Shown here piece by piece: positions 37,416-46,260 of a stretch of DNA of 64,000 nucleotides. The DNA comes from Chloroflexota bacterium. Its GTDB lineage: Bacteria > Chloroflexota > Anaerolineae > Promineifilales > Promineifilaceae. How positions within the stretch are numbered: position 1 is the first letter of the stretch; every line of letters starts with the position of its first letter. Location of the stretch: positions 3,130 to 67,129 of the forward strand of contig JAKQCM010000240.1 in assembly GCA_029559155.1 (NCBI GenBank), read 5' to 3'. The notes under the pieces were generated by a model. That model saw only the letters and a list, made by a program, of their open reading frames with translations. It ran no database searches and was not told the DNA's origin. A program made the position numbers and the translations under genes.

Positions 37416-37922
37416 CTATCGCTGCTGCTCTTGCTCAGCGCGCCAGGTTTCATAGTCGGGCACATCCTCATCCACCGACCAGAAAAAGAAGTACGCGCCC
37501 ATTGGTCCCATAAATTTGAATTCCCGGCAAAACTTTTTGGCGCGTGCGTAGTAATCCTCGCCATCCCGGCTGCGCAAATAGGCGTAAAAGGAGCCGTGTT
37601 GGGCAATTAGCTCCTGGCAAACACGGGCATTGTGGATGGTGGCTTCAATTTTACGGCCGTTCCTCACAATCCCCTTGTCCTCCACCAACCGCTCCACATC
37701 CTCCGCCGTAAAAGCGGCCACCTTGTCTACCTGGAATCCGGCAAATGCCGTCTGGAAATTGGGCCACTTCTGGCGAATCACGCGCCAACTAAAACCGGCC
37801 TGAAACACTGCCTGAGTAATCTTTTCCAAATAACCGGCGTCATCCTCCGGTCGGATTCGCGGCGGAATCTCATAATCATCTGGCCCTGCCATTTTCACCT
37901 CACACAGAAACAACTTGCTCAT
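37416..37922 (-). CDS. tag: DNA-3-methyladenine glycosylase I-like (Adenine_glyco family)
   Basis: VFQAGFSWRVIRQKWPNFQTAF..F...VAAFTAEDVERLVEDKGIVRNGRKIEATIHNA parallels the Tag core. Confidence 0.8.
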   Translation of the reverse strand: MSKLFLCEVKMAGPDDYEIPPRIRPEDDAGYLEKITQAVFQAGFSWRVIRQKWPNFQTAFAGFQVDKVAAFTAEDVERLVEDKGIVRNGRKIEATIHNARVCQELIAQHGSFYAYLRSRDGEDYYARAKKFCREFKFMGPMGAYFFFWSVDEDVPDYETWRAEQEQQR

Positions 37923-38070
37923 TGTTCACTGGCTCATCTTGAGCCACGAACGCACTCAACGGTAGAACATACGCTCGGATTTTATGAGGGTTTTCATCCC
38001 ACGGCAAACGCAGTTGTCTTTGTTTCACGGATCATGTTAAAATTTTTGTAACTGTTCAGCTTCCTCTGGT

Positions 38071-38136
38071 AAGACCCCAAGGGTTTGGTACCCAAATAAT
38101 CCAAATTCCCGGGAACAAACCCTTGGGGTCTGTATG
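38071..38136. repeat. hairpin-forming REP/MITE-like element, copy C
   Basis: AAGACCCCAAGGGTTTGG (38071-38088) is inverted against CAAACCCTTGGGGTCTGTATG (38117-38136). Internal CCGGGAAC. Confidence 0.7.
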
Positions 38137-38198
38137 TTACAAATTTTTTATCTTTAGATTGGAGGTGACGTCTGGAAAGTCTAGAATTTGCTCATGTA

Positions 38199-38519
38199 TT
38201 GGTGGATTCCATCCTCGATAAAAAAGGCAGCGATATCGTGCTGCTAGATCTGCGAGAACACACTGTTTTTGCTGACTACTTTTTAATTTGCAATGGTGAA
38301 AACGACCGTCAGATCCGCGCCCTGGCAGAAAGTGTACGTACAGAAGCCAAGCAAGAAGCCGGTATTTTGGCTTCTGGCGTTGAAGGAATTCCGGAAGCCG
38401 GCTGGATTCTGATTGATTTTGGCGATCTGGTTGTCCATGTTTTTTCGCCGGACAAACGAGATTACTACAGCCTGGAGGATTTGTGGACAGATGCACGCGT
38501 GGTTTTACGAATGCAATAA
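38199..38519 (+). CDS. rsfS: ribosome silencing factor RsfS
   Basis: DKKGSDIVLLDLRE..FADYFLICNG.NDRQIRALAE...W.LIDFGDLVVHVF....R.YY.LE.LW. Start uncertain: TTG 38199, and the frame is open back to 38169 after GGAGG. Confidence 0.85.
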   Translation: MVDSILDKKGSDIVLLDLREHTVFADYFLICNGENDRQIRALAESVRTEAKQEAGILASGVEGIPEAGWILIDFGDLVVHVFSPDKRDYYSLEDLWTDARVVLRMQ

Positions 38520-38537
38520 AGCCTGCGACCACCTGGT

Positions 38538-38572
38538 AAAAAAAGAGCGCCAATATCAGCGCTCTTTTTTTT
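38538..38572. terminator. bidirectional rho-independent terminator
   Basis: AAAAAAAGAGCGC-loop-GCGCTCTTTTTTTT between the convergent rsfS and ndk genes. Confidence 0.8.
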
Positions 38573-38600
38573 ATGGCTTCAAAATTTCGCCAGGCGCTTG

Positions 38601-39053
38601 TTACTCACGAATCCAACTGTCGGTGACACGATTCCACGCCACCAGCTCGCCCGCCGAAAAGAAAAGGTTGACTTCTTTGGCGGCGTTTTCCGGGCTGTCG
38701 GAGCCATGTACCAAATTGCGGCCAATTTCCATGCCAAAATCACCGCGAATGGTTCCGGGGGCAGCCGCCACGGGGTTGGTGGCGCCCATAGTGGAGCGCG
38801 CAGCAGCGATGGCGTCTTTACCTTCCCATACCATCGCAACAACCGGACCGGAAGTGATGTATTCCACCAGGCTGTTGTAAAACGGCCGTTCCCGATGCAC
38901 AGCATAATGCGCTTCTGCCAACTGTTGGGACATCTGCAAGAATTTCATGCCCGCCAGTTTCAAACCCCGGCGCTCAAAGCGCCCGACAATTTCACCGATC
39001 AGCCCGCGCTGCACGCCATCGGGTTTTACCAAAATCAAAGTGCGTTCCATCAA
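38601..39053 (-). CDS. ndk: nucleoside-diphosphate kinase
   Basis: [20 protein letters not shown] and active-site NLVHGSDS. Confidence 0.95.
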   Translation of the reverse strand: MMERTLILVKPDGVQRGLIGEIVGRFERRGLKLAGMKFLQMSQQLAEAHYAVHRERPFYNSLVEYITSGPVVAMVWEGKDAIAAARSTMGATNPVAAAPGTIRGDFGMEIGRNLVHGSDSPENAAKEVNLFFSAGELVAWNRVTDSWIRE

Positions 39054-39174
39054 GATTTACTCCCAAATTAAGATTCATTCAACAACGAAGGACGAAAAAC
39101 GCCAGTCATAAACCTTTGTTCTTCGTCCTTCGGTATCCGATAATTTTAAGCAAGGCTAGATTTGTACCTGATTT

Positions 39175-42100
39175 TTACATCTGGTCAAGCGCCTGTCGAT
39201 ACGTTTCCAGGGCTTTTTGCAGTTGGCCGTTGCGCATGTAGGCATCACCTAGCATCCTGCGCACGAGCGGTTTTTCTTGATGCCGCCCAGCAGCCGCTTC
39301 CAGATCGGCGATTAACGTATTGATGCCTTCACCCACTTCTACCAGACCCGCATATTCGTTCATCGCCTGGTCAAACTGACCCGCGTTCAACGCTTCTCGC
39401 GCAGACGCAAGCCGGTTCTGATCCAATTCGAGGGTCGAAATCCCCAGGCCTAAATCGGGCATCAACAAATCGTCGTCGAAATCCGGCTCCTCGAATCCGG
39501 GTAATTCAGGCAGTGGGCCGGTCTTGCGTTTGATAGACAATGGGCCAGTTTTCCCGCCTGGTTGATGAGCGACCGGCGGCTCGATTTCCGGCACACCGGC
39601 AATGGTCGCTTGCTCTTCTGCTGCCAACCAGCCATCCAGGTCCGGCTCAGGCAAACTTCCGAGCCAGTCTGTATGCCCGCCGACGCGAACGCTTTTTTCT
39701 TCGCCTTCGGTTGTCAGCCAGTCCGGTAACGATTCGTCCACCTCATCCAGATCCAAATCTTGTTCGTCGTGGGCGGCAAAGGTTGATTCGAAGTCCTTGA
39801 TGTCCGCCGATTCTTCCGCCTGGAAAATGTCATCCCATTCGTCTGCCGCTTGCAGTTGATCGTTTGCAACGGCCGTTTCCAGCTCTTGCGCCACTACAGG
39901 AGGTTCTTGTTCTGCAGCGACCTGAGCCGCCACTATCCAGTCCGGCATGCCCAAATCGTCATCCTCCAGCGCGGCTTCATCGACGCTGGGTAATTCATCC
40001 AATGACACTCCCTGCCGCGCGGCCAACCGCTCCAACCAGGCCATCGCATCGTCGATATTGTCCGGCGCGGCTTCGTCGATGGTGTCTGACACGGCCGTTT
40101 CTTCCTCCATCACCCCGGCAACAGCTGCCACTTCTGCCGCCATCAAGAGATCATCTGGTTCAGCCTCTGGGGCTACGGGTTCAAATTCTGCCTCGCCGGC
40201 CGTTTGTTCTGCGGTAATCCAATCGGGCGTCTTCAGGTCGCCGACTTCGCCGGTGACTGTGGGCAGCTCATCCAATGGCGCACCCTGGCGAGCGGCCAAT
40301 TGCTCCAACCAGGCCATCGCGTCATCGATGTTGTCGGGCACACTCAAGTCCGACTCAGCCGTTTCAGGCATTTCGGGCGTTTCCAGACTGGCGCCAACGA
40401 TATCTACGTCGGGGGAAACTGCCGTCAACTCTGCCAGTGTCGCCTCATCTGCGTCAGCCAAAGAGGGCAGCTCATCCAATGGCGCGCCTTGCCGGGCCGC
40501 CAGTCGTTCCAACCAGGCCATTGCCTCATCCGGATCATCCGGGATGGTTTCCAAAAATGTGTCGTCGGGCGATCCAACCTCTTCTGCGGTGATAATTTCG
40601 TCAACCGCCTCGGCGGCGGCAAATTCTTCCAGCGCCGGAGCATCTTCTTCCTCAGCTTCAGCCAACAGCGCCCCAAAATCCACGCCCCAATCATCCTCAT
40701 CCGCAGAAACAGCCTCTTCCAAGACCTCCGGCGTGGCTGTTCCAGCTGCGGGCAGCACAGCCAGCATATCTAGCTGAGCCAACGCCTCGGCCAGTTCATC
40801 ATCGGAAATTTCCCGTTCGTCCAGGTCGGCGGCTGCCGACGAAAGGGCATCGCTTTCCAGGCTGACTTCTTCCTCAAGCCACATCAGTTCGGCCAACAAC
40901 GCCGGACTGACAACCGGCAGCGGCGCCGGCTGGTCGGAAGCAGCGGGTTCGATTGCTTCCAGCTCGTCGTCGCCGGCCAGATCGGCCAGCCAGGCCATCG
41001 CCTCGTCCAACTCATCCTGCACGCCAGACGCAGGCTCGGCGGCAAATTGATCGGTTACCGCATCCCAATCCAGGTCGTCCGTATCATCCTGGCTGGCGGG
41101 GGCGGAAATTTCAGTTTCCAAGACCGTATCCATCTCGGAGGCAAAATCAGCTTCTTCTTCGATGGTCGACGGCCGTTCTATGGATGGCAGTTCGTCCAGC
41201 GGCGCACCCTGGCGAGCCGCCAATCGTTCGAGCCAGGCCATCGCTTCGTCTGGGTCATCGGGCACTTCGTCAACCGGTTCCAGAGCGGCGATCTCGTCAT
41301 CCGGGGCGACCAAAATCGTGGCATCCTGCAGCCACTCCTCATCCCAATCGGGCAATGCGTCTGCGTCGCCGTCGATTAACTCATCCAGCGCAGCCTCCCA
41401 ACTGACCTCTTCCGCCGGTTCATCGGTGATCGATGGTAGTTCGTCCAAAGGCGCGCCCTGGCGGGCGGCCAATCGTTCCAACCAGGCCATCGCTTCGTCC
41501 GGGTCGTCGGGCACGGCCAGGCTCAAATCGTCATCGTCTACGGCCGTTTCGCCCACCATTTCCGCGCCTATCAAGGTAGCGGCAAATAGATCCGGCTCCG
41601 GTGATTCCTCGATCGCCTCAGCCTCCTCAAGCTCGTCCAGTTCCGGGATTTCCATTTCGAGGGTGTCCTGGTCATCGACTTCCATTTCAGGCAGCGCGGC
41701 AGCGGTTGGGATAGACGGCAGTTCGTCGAGAGGCGCGCCCTGGCGGGCAGCCAATTGCTCTAACCAGGCCATAGCCGCTTCCGGGTCATCCGGAGGCATG
41801 TCGATGGGTTCATCAACGGGTGCGAGCAAGCCGGGTTCTTCGGCGGCGTCCTCAGCGGCAAACAGGTTGTCGAAGTCCATCGTGTAGGCGGCTGTAGGCA
41901 ATTCCTCGACAGGCGCATTGGGTTCCGCGGCCAAATCTTCCAGCCAGGACATGGCGTCATCCAGGTCATCGGGGAAATCGTTCAATTCGGGGACGATCTC
42001 GTCGGCTGGCTGGTCAATTTCGCTGGCGACGGCTGCCGGACTGCTAAATACATCCACCTCGTCCTCAAAAATGTCTGCCTGGTCGGGCAAATCTTTTAAC

Positions 42101-44967
42101 AAATCGTCTGCCTGGTCTTCCGGCCACTGCCAGGTGGGCAATTCGTCGATGGGTTGAGGGGATGGCTCACCTCCGGCCAGGGCATCCAACCAATCGAGTT
42201 CCTGGTCTTCTTCCAGAGGGAGCAGGGGTTCAGAAGGTTCATCGGCCACGGCCGTTTCCAATCCATCCTCTGGCGTCTCAGCCATAATTGTCTCCGGCGC
42301 ATCTAATTGCAGCCAATCGGGCAGTTCGTCGCTCTGGCTGAGGGAAGCAATGCTTGGACTGGCCGTATCCGAAAGCGCCGACAAATCGTCCAGCCAATCC
42401 AACTCGTCGTCTGGCGGCAGTTTGGGTTCTTCGGGCAAATCCTGTTTTCCTTGCGGGCCTGTTATTTTTTCGTCTTTATCGTCGCTCACAACTTCCTCCA
42501 CATCCAGGCTGGCGGTCACTAATGTTTCGCCGGTTTCTTCAGCGGGTAATAACCAATCGGGTAAGTCTTCGTGGGCCTGGCTTTCAGCGGCGAAAAAGTC
42601 GTCTTCGCTAGACAAATCCAGGGCAACGGCCGTACGCAGCATATTGCTCATCAGCGGTTCATCCACATCCCCTGGCTCGTCCACGGCCGTTTCGACCATC
42701 TCCTGCTGGAAGTCTACATCGGGTTCTTCCACAGCCGTGGAGGGAACCTTTGTCTCATCCAGCGGTGCAGAATCAAACGCGTCCAGGGTAGCGCCCATCA
42801 ACCAGTCGGGCAGATCGCCGGTATCGGTTGGTTGAATGGGAGGAGAAACGGCCGTGTCCGCTTCTTCCTGCAACCAATCCGGCAAGTCTGAGCTGATAAG
42901 GTCTTCATCGGCCAGAGTTTGATCGTCAACGGCCGTGTCCGCCAAATTGTGCGTGTCGAGCAACCCTGACCCCACAGCCGCAGGCACATCGCTGGCCAGC
43001 CAGTCCGGCAGATTGTCCGTTCCCGTCAGCTCTCTGAACGCATCATCATCGGCTTCAGCCGTTGAATCAGCGGCAAACAGGATTTCATCTGGCTCTTCAA
43101 TGGTCGCCCCTGCCAATTGTTTCGCTTCATCAGACTCAAACCAGTCAAAGTCCTCATCCGTCTCCGCTAACTCGGGGTTATTGGCGGCCACCCAATCGGC
43201 TAATTCGGCCGCCAATTGGTCGGTGACCGGTTTTGGCTCGTCGTAGAGATCGCTGATCTCGCCGCCGCCTATCAACCAATCCGGGATTTCGGCCGCATCA
43301 TCCGACAAGGCAGCCACAGAGAAGTCAACATCTTCCTCCATGCCGCCGGCCAATTCATCCAAATTCTCCGCCGCGTCTCTGGCCGTTAGCTCGTCGGTCA
43401 GACGCCATTCAAAGGTATCTTCATTTTCATCCTCGTCCGCCGCCTCGCCAAAATCGGCGAATTGGGTTAGGTCAATTTCCCCGGCGGCAAATTGATCATC
43501 AGTGATGGGAAGCGGTTCGGCGGGCGAGCCGAGCCAATCGAACTCGTCGTCGTCCGGCTTTTCTACTTCCGCACCGGCGTCTTCACGCAGCCAAACGGCG
43601 GCGGTGAGGGGATCAACATCTATCGGTTCCAGGTCATCCTGGGTCAGATCGGCCAACCAATCCGGTGTCAGATCGTCGATGATAGGTTGCGCTTTGGTCG
43701 GTTTGCCAGCGGGTTCGGGCTGGCTATGGTCTTCGGAGGCGGCCAACCAATCCATCGCCGCGGCATCTTCGTCTTCACCAAAAAGATCGGCAAACTCGAA
43801 CTCTGTATCCGGCTGTTTTTCGATGCCGGCCGTGACAAAGTCTAAATCTTGCTGCGGCTCTTCTTCAGCGGCAATTTGCATGCCGATTAACCAATCAGAT
43901 TGGTGCGTGGTAGGGGAAACGGCCGTTTCCTCTTCCGCCATCTTGTCTAACTGGAATCCTGATTCGGCCGTGGTTCTGGCCTCCGGCGGCGTGTCGTCCA
44001 ACGAGGGCAGTTCGCCGGTCAATCCTTCCAGCCATTGGTACAGGTCGTCGTCGCCTGCGTCGGCCTCGGTTTGGCCGGGGGCAACGGCCGTGCCAGAAAC
44101 CCAGCCCGCAGGTTCTTGATACTCCCTCGGCTCCAGGTCTGCGCCCAAATAGTCAACTTCGACCAGCCCGGGCAAGGGAACTGCCCCTTCCACATGAAAC
44201 GCGCTGCCTTCCGGCGATTCGCGGTCGATGTGGCGTTTATCGAACAACAACATGGTTTGGAGATGTTGGAGGTATCGTTGAGCTTCGTCCACGCGACCGG
44301 TTCGCAGCCAGATTTCGGCGATGATGGCGTTGGCGGCGATGCAGTTGGGCAGTTGGTCCAAGACTTGCAGGCAGACGTTGACAGCTTCAATGCGACGGCC
44401 GTCACGCCAGAGCGACTCCATCAACAAAACACGGAGATCGATACGCTCCGGGTCTTTTTCCAGGGTCGCGCGCAAAAGGGTTGCGGCTTGATCGTACAGT
44501 TGGCTGCGCAAGTAAAAGCGGGCCAACGCCCCGGCGTTGAGTGGTAAGCTGGTGTTCGGAACGGCCGTGTCGTCTTTTTGTTTCCCCCGGCGCGAATTCT
44601 CGAATTGGTAGACGTAGAGCGTGCGCAATTCATGTTGAATTGCCGCGTTATAAGGCTCGATTTCGTACGCGCGCTCCAGATGCCAGATGGCCTGCGAAAC
44701 GACATCTTCTTCCTTATAAATCACAGCCAGACCGGCATGAACGATATAATCATTGGGATCCGCGCTGAGAATCCGTTGGAATAATTCTGTAGCTCCGGCG
44801 TGATCGCCCTTTTCCAGAAGCGCTTTCGCCAACAGGCGGTAGGTCGCAATGTGCTGCGGATGCTGCTGCAAAATGTGGCGGCAGTGCTCAACCGCCAGAT
44901 CATAATGGCTGTCGTTTAGGAGCTTATCGATCTGTTCATGATATTTGTGCAGGGCTATGGTTGTCAC
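39175..44967 (-). CDS. 1930-aa TPR-capped, hyper-acidic repeat protein
   Basis: Single ORF. TPR-like helices at the N-terminus (~aa 1-260) and C-terminus (~aa 1830-1930). The centre is rich in D/E/A/L/P with recurring PDWL and AMAWLE motifs. Confidence 0.85.
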   Translation of the reverse strand: MTTIALHKYHEQIDKLLNDSHYDLAVEHCRHILQQHPQHIATYRLLAKALLEKGDHAGATELFQRILSADPNDYIVHAGLAVIYKEEDVVSQAIWHLERAYEIEPYNAAIQHELRTLYVYQFENSRRGKQKDDTAVPNTSLPLNAGALARFYLRSQLYDQAATLLRATLEKDPERIDLRVLLMESLWRDGRRIEAVNVCLQVLDQLPNCIAANAIIAEIWLRTGRVDEAQRYLQHLQTMLLFDKRHIDRESPEGSAFHVEGAVPLPGLVEVDYLGADLEPREYQEPAGWVSGTAVAPGQTEADAGDDDLYQWLEGLTGELPSLDDTPPEARTTAESGFQLDKMAEEETAVSPTTHQSDWLIGMQIAAEEEPQQDLDFVTAGIEKQPDTEFEFADLFGEDEDAAAMDWLAASEDHSQPEPAGKPTKAQPIIDDLTPDWLADLTQDDLEPIDVDPLTAAVWLREDAGAEVEKPDDDEFDWLGSPAEPLPITDDQFAAGEIDLTQFADFGEAADEDENEDTFEWRLTDELTARDAAENLDELAGGMEEDVDFSVAALSDDAAEIPDWLIGGGEISDLYDEPKPVTDQLAAELADWVAANNPELAETDEDFDWFESDEAKQLAGATIEEPDEILFAADSTAEADDDAFRELTGTDNLPDWLASDVPAAVGSGLLDTHNLADTAVDDQTLADEDLISSDLPDWLQEEADTAVSPPIQPTDTGDLPDWLMGATLDAFDSAPLDETKVPSTAVEEPDVDFQQEMVETAVDEPGDVDEPLMSNMLRTAVALDLSSEDDFFAAESQAHEDLPDWLLPAEETGETLVTASLDVEEVVSDDKDEKITGPQGKQDLPEEPKLPPDDELDWLDDLSALSDTASPSIASLSQSDELPDWLQLDAPETIMAETPEDGLETAVADEPSEPLLPLEEDQELDWLDALAGGEPSPQPIDELPTWQWPEDQADDLLKDLPDQADIFEDEVDVFSSPAAVASEIDQPADEIVPELNDFPDDLDDAMSWLEDLAAEPNAPVEELPTAAYTMDFDNLFAAEDAAEEPGLLAPVDEPIDMPPDDPEAAMAWLEQLAARQGAPLDELPSIPTAAALPEMEVDDQDTLEMEIPELDELEEAEAIEESPEPDLFAATLIGAEMVGETAVDDDDLSLAVPDDPDEAMAWLERLAARQGAPLDELPSITDEPAEEVSWEAALDELIDGDADALPDWDEEWLQDATILVAPDDEIAALEPVDEVPDDPDEAMAWLERLAARQGAPLDELPSIERPSTIEEEADFASEMDTVLETEISAPASQDDTDDLDWDAVTDQFAAEPASGVQDELDEAMAWLADLAGDDELEAIEPAASDQPAPLPVVSPALLAELMWLEEEVSLESDALSSAAADLDEREISDDELAEALAQLDMLAVLPAAGTATPEVLEEAVSADEDDWGVDFGALLAEAEEEDAPALEEFAAAEAVDEIITAEEVGSPDDTFLETIPDDPDEAMAWLERLAARQGAPLDELPSLADADEATLAELTAVSPDVDIVGASLETPEMPETAESDLSVPDNIDDAMAWLEQLAARQGAPLDELPTVTGEVGDLKTPDWITAEQTAGEAEFEPVAPEAEPDDLLMAAEVAAVAGVMEEETAVSDTIDEAAPDNIDDAMAWLERLAARQGVSLDELPSVDEAALEDDDLGMPDWIVAAQVAAEQEPPVVAQELETAVANDQLQAADEWDDIFQAEESADIKDFESTFAAHDEQDLDLDEVDESLPDWLTTEGEEKSVRVGGHTDWLGSLPEPDLDGWLAAEEQATIAGVPEIEPPVAHQPGGKTGPLSIKRKTGPLPELPGFEEPDFDDDLLMPDLGLGISTLELDQNRLASAREALNAGQFDQAMNEYAGLVEVGEGINTLIADLEAAAGRHQEKPLVRRMLGDAYMRNGQLQKALETYRQALDQM
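39970..41980 (-). repeat. eight in-frame copies of a ~75-nt coding module (D-D-x-D-E-A-M-A-W-L-E-x-L-A-A-R-Q-G-A-P-L-D-E-L-P)
   Basis: Plus-strand copies of ..GCTCATCCAATGGCGC.CC.TG.CG.GC.GCCAA..G.TCCAACCAGGCCAT.GC.TCATC.. near 39990, 40265, 40468, 40980 (divergent), 41188, 41436, 41718 and 41930 (divergent). Confidence 0.85.
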
Positions 44968-45090
44968 AGGGTAACCTTATTTCCTGCAAAACGTAAAACG
45001 GACCGGGGAATTGACATAAAAGAAATTGCGAGTTTTACGTTTTACGCGTGTGTTATGGTTAACTTCTGGCGATATTATGCAAAGTTTCGC

Positions 45091-46131
45091 CTAATTTAGC
45101 AAGTGACGAGCCTTGAGTTGGGATAGTAGATCAGTCACGTCGTTTTCTTGTTGGGGCATAGGGCCGATGGTGTCCTGGATTTCATCGCGGCCGATCAGGG
45201 CATACACGGTGTTCAGGATGCCGCTATTCAGGACGTTAAGCTCGTAACCGCCTTCGAGAATAAAGAGGATACGGCCGTGACACAAATCATTGGCCATTTG
45301 CACCAGGTACCGCGAAATTCGAGCATACCCGCGCAAACTCAGCCCTCCCTGTGCCAGCGGATCCTGCCAGTGGGCATCATACCCGGCCGAAACGAGCAAC
45401 AAATCGGGCTTAAACGCGGCCACTTTTGGCAAAACCAATTCCTTCATTATACGGCAGTACCCTTCGTCGCCCACATACGGCGGCAAGGGCACGTTTAGCG
45501 TATACCCCAACCCATGCCCCGCCCCGACCTCGTTGGAGCGGCCAATACCCGGATAAAAAAATGGAGCGAACAGATGGGTAGAAACAAACAAAACGCTGTC
45601 GTCTAAATAAAATATCTCTTGGGTGCCATTGCCATGATGCACGTCAAAATCAACAATTGCCACCCGTTTTGCCCCATGTACTTCCTGAGCGTGACGAGCG
45701 GCAACGGCCGTGTTGTTCAGCAAACAAAAGCCGCTCACCGAATTAAACCCGGCATGGTGCCCCGGCGGACGCACCAGGGCAATGCCATTTTTTGCCCGGC
45801 CCGTCATCACGCCATCCACAGCCTCGCAGCAGCCGCCGGCGGCCAAGCGCGCCAAACGAAAACTTTCCGGCGTCGCATATGTGTCGCCATGATCCAAAAA
45901 ACCGCCGCCCGACCAGGAAACCTGTTGGATATGCTCGATCAAATCCGCTGAATGCGTCCGCATTAACTGCTCCAAAGTCGCCGTCATCGGCTCGACGGGA
46001 GTCAAATCTTGCAGCACTCCAAATTTCTCCAGGTGTGGCAACACAGCAGCTAAACGGTGATGGCTCTCTGGGTGATAAGCTCTGGTGTGCGCCAGAGCAG
46101 GCGCATAAACAAGTAAACTACTCATCCGCAC
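45091..46131 (-). CDS. histone deacetylase-family amidohydrolase (AcuC/Aph-like)
   Basis: RPPGHHA and DFDVHHGNGTQ motifs. Confidence 0.88.
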   Translation of the reverse strand: MRMSSLLVYAPALAHTRAYHPESHHRLAAVLPHLEKFGVLQDLTPVEPMTATLEQLMRTHSADLIEHIQQVSWSGGGFLDHGDTYATPESFRLARLAAGGCCEAVDGVMTGRAKNGIALVRPPGHHAGFNSVSGFCLLNNTAVAARHAQEVHGAKRVAIVDFDVHHGNGTQEIFYLDDSVLFVSTHLFAPFFYPGIGRSNEVGAGHGLGYTLNVPLPPYVGDEGYCRIMKELVLPKVAAFKPDLLLVSAGYDAHWQDPLAQGGLSLRGYARISRYLVQMANDLCHGRILFILEGGYELNVLNSGILNTVYALIGRDEIQDTIGPMPQQENDVTDLLSQLKARHLLN

Positions 46132-46260
46132 ATCCTTTTCCCGCTAAAATCGCCGAACTCTTTATAATTATACGCCCTAAGAAAAAAGGGCGCAGCATGG
46201 TTAGCCGCACCCTTCCTAAATCAATCACAATTTGCTGTTGGGCAGGTTTGCGCCAACGCA

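Noticed and set aside
39970-41980. Regularly spaced ~75-nt DNA repeats that could superficially suggest a CRISPR-like array.
   Set aside because: The repeats are 80-90% rather than ~100% identical. The spacers vary from about 130 to 210 nt. Everything lies in one uninterrupted reading frame encoding a repeated peptide module. No cas genes are present, and no CRISPR array was seen anywhere in the window.
44988-45046. 12-bp inverted repeat AAAACGTAAAAC ... GTTTTACGTTTT between the HDAC-family gene and the giant acidic gene.
   Set aside because: The loop is ~33 nt with no adjacent T-run, so it is not a convincing intrinsic terminator. It is a single occurrence and may be an operator, but I cannot support a call.
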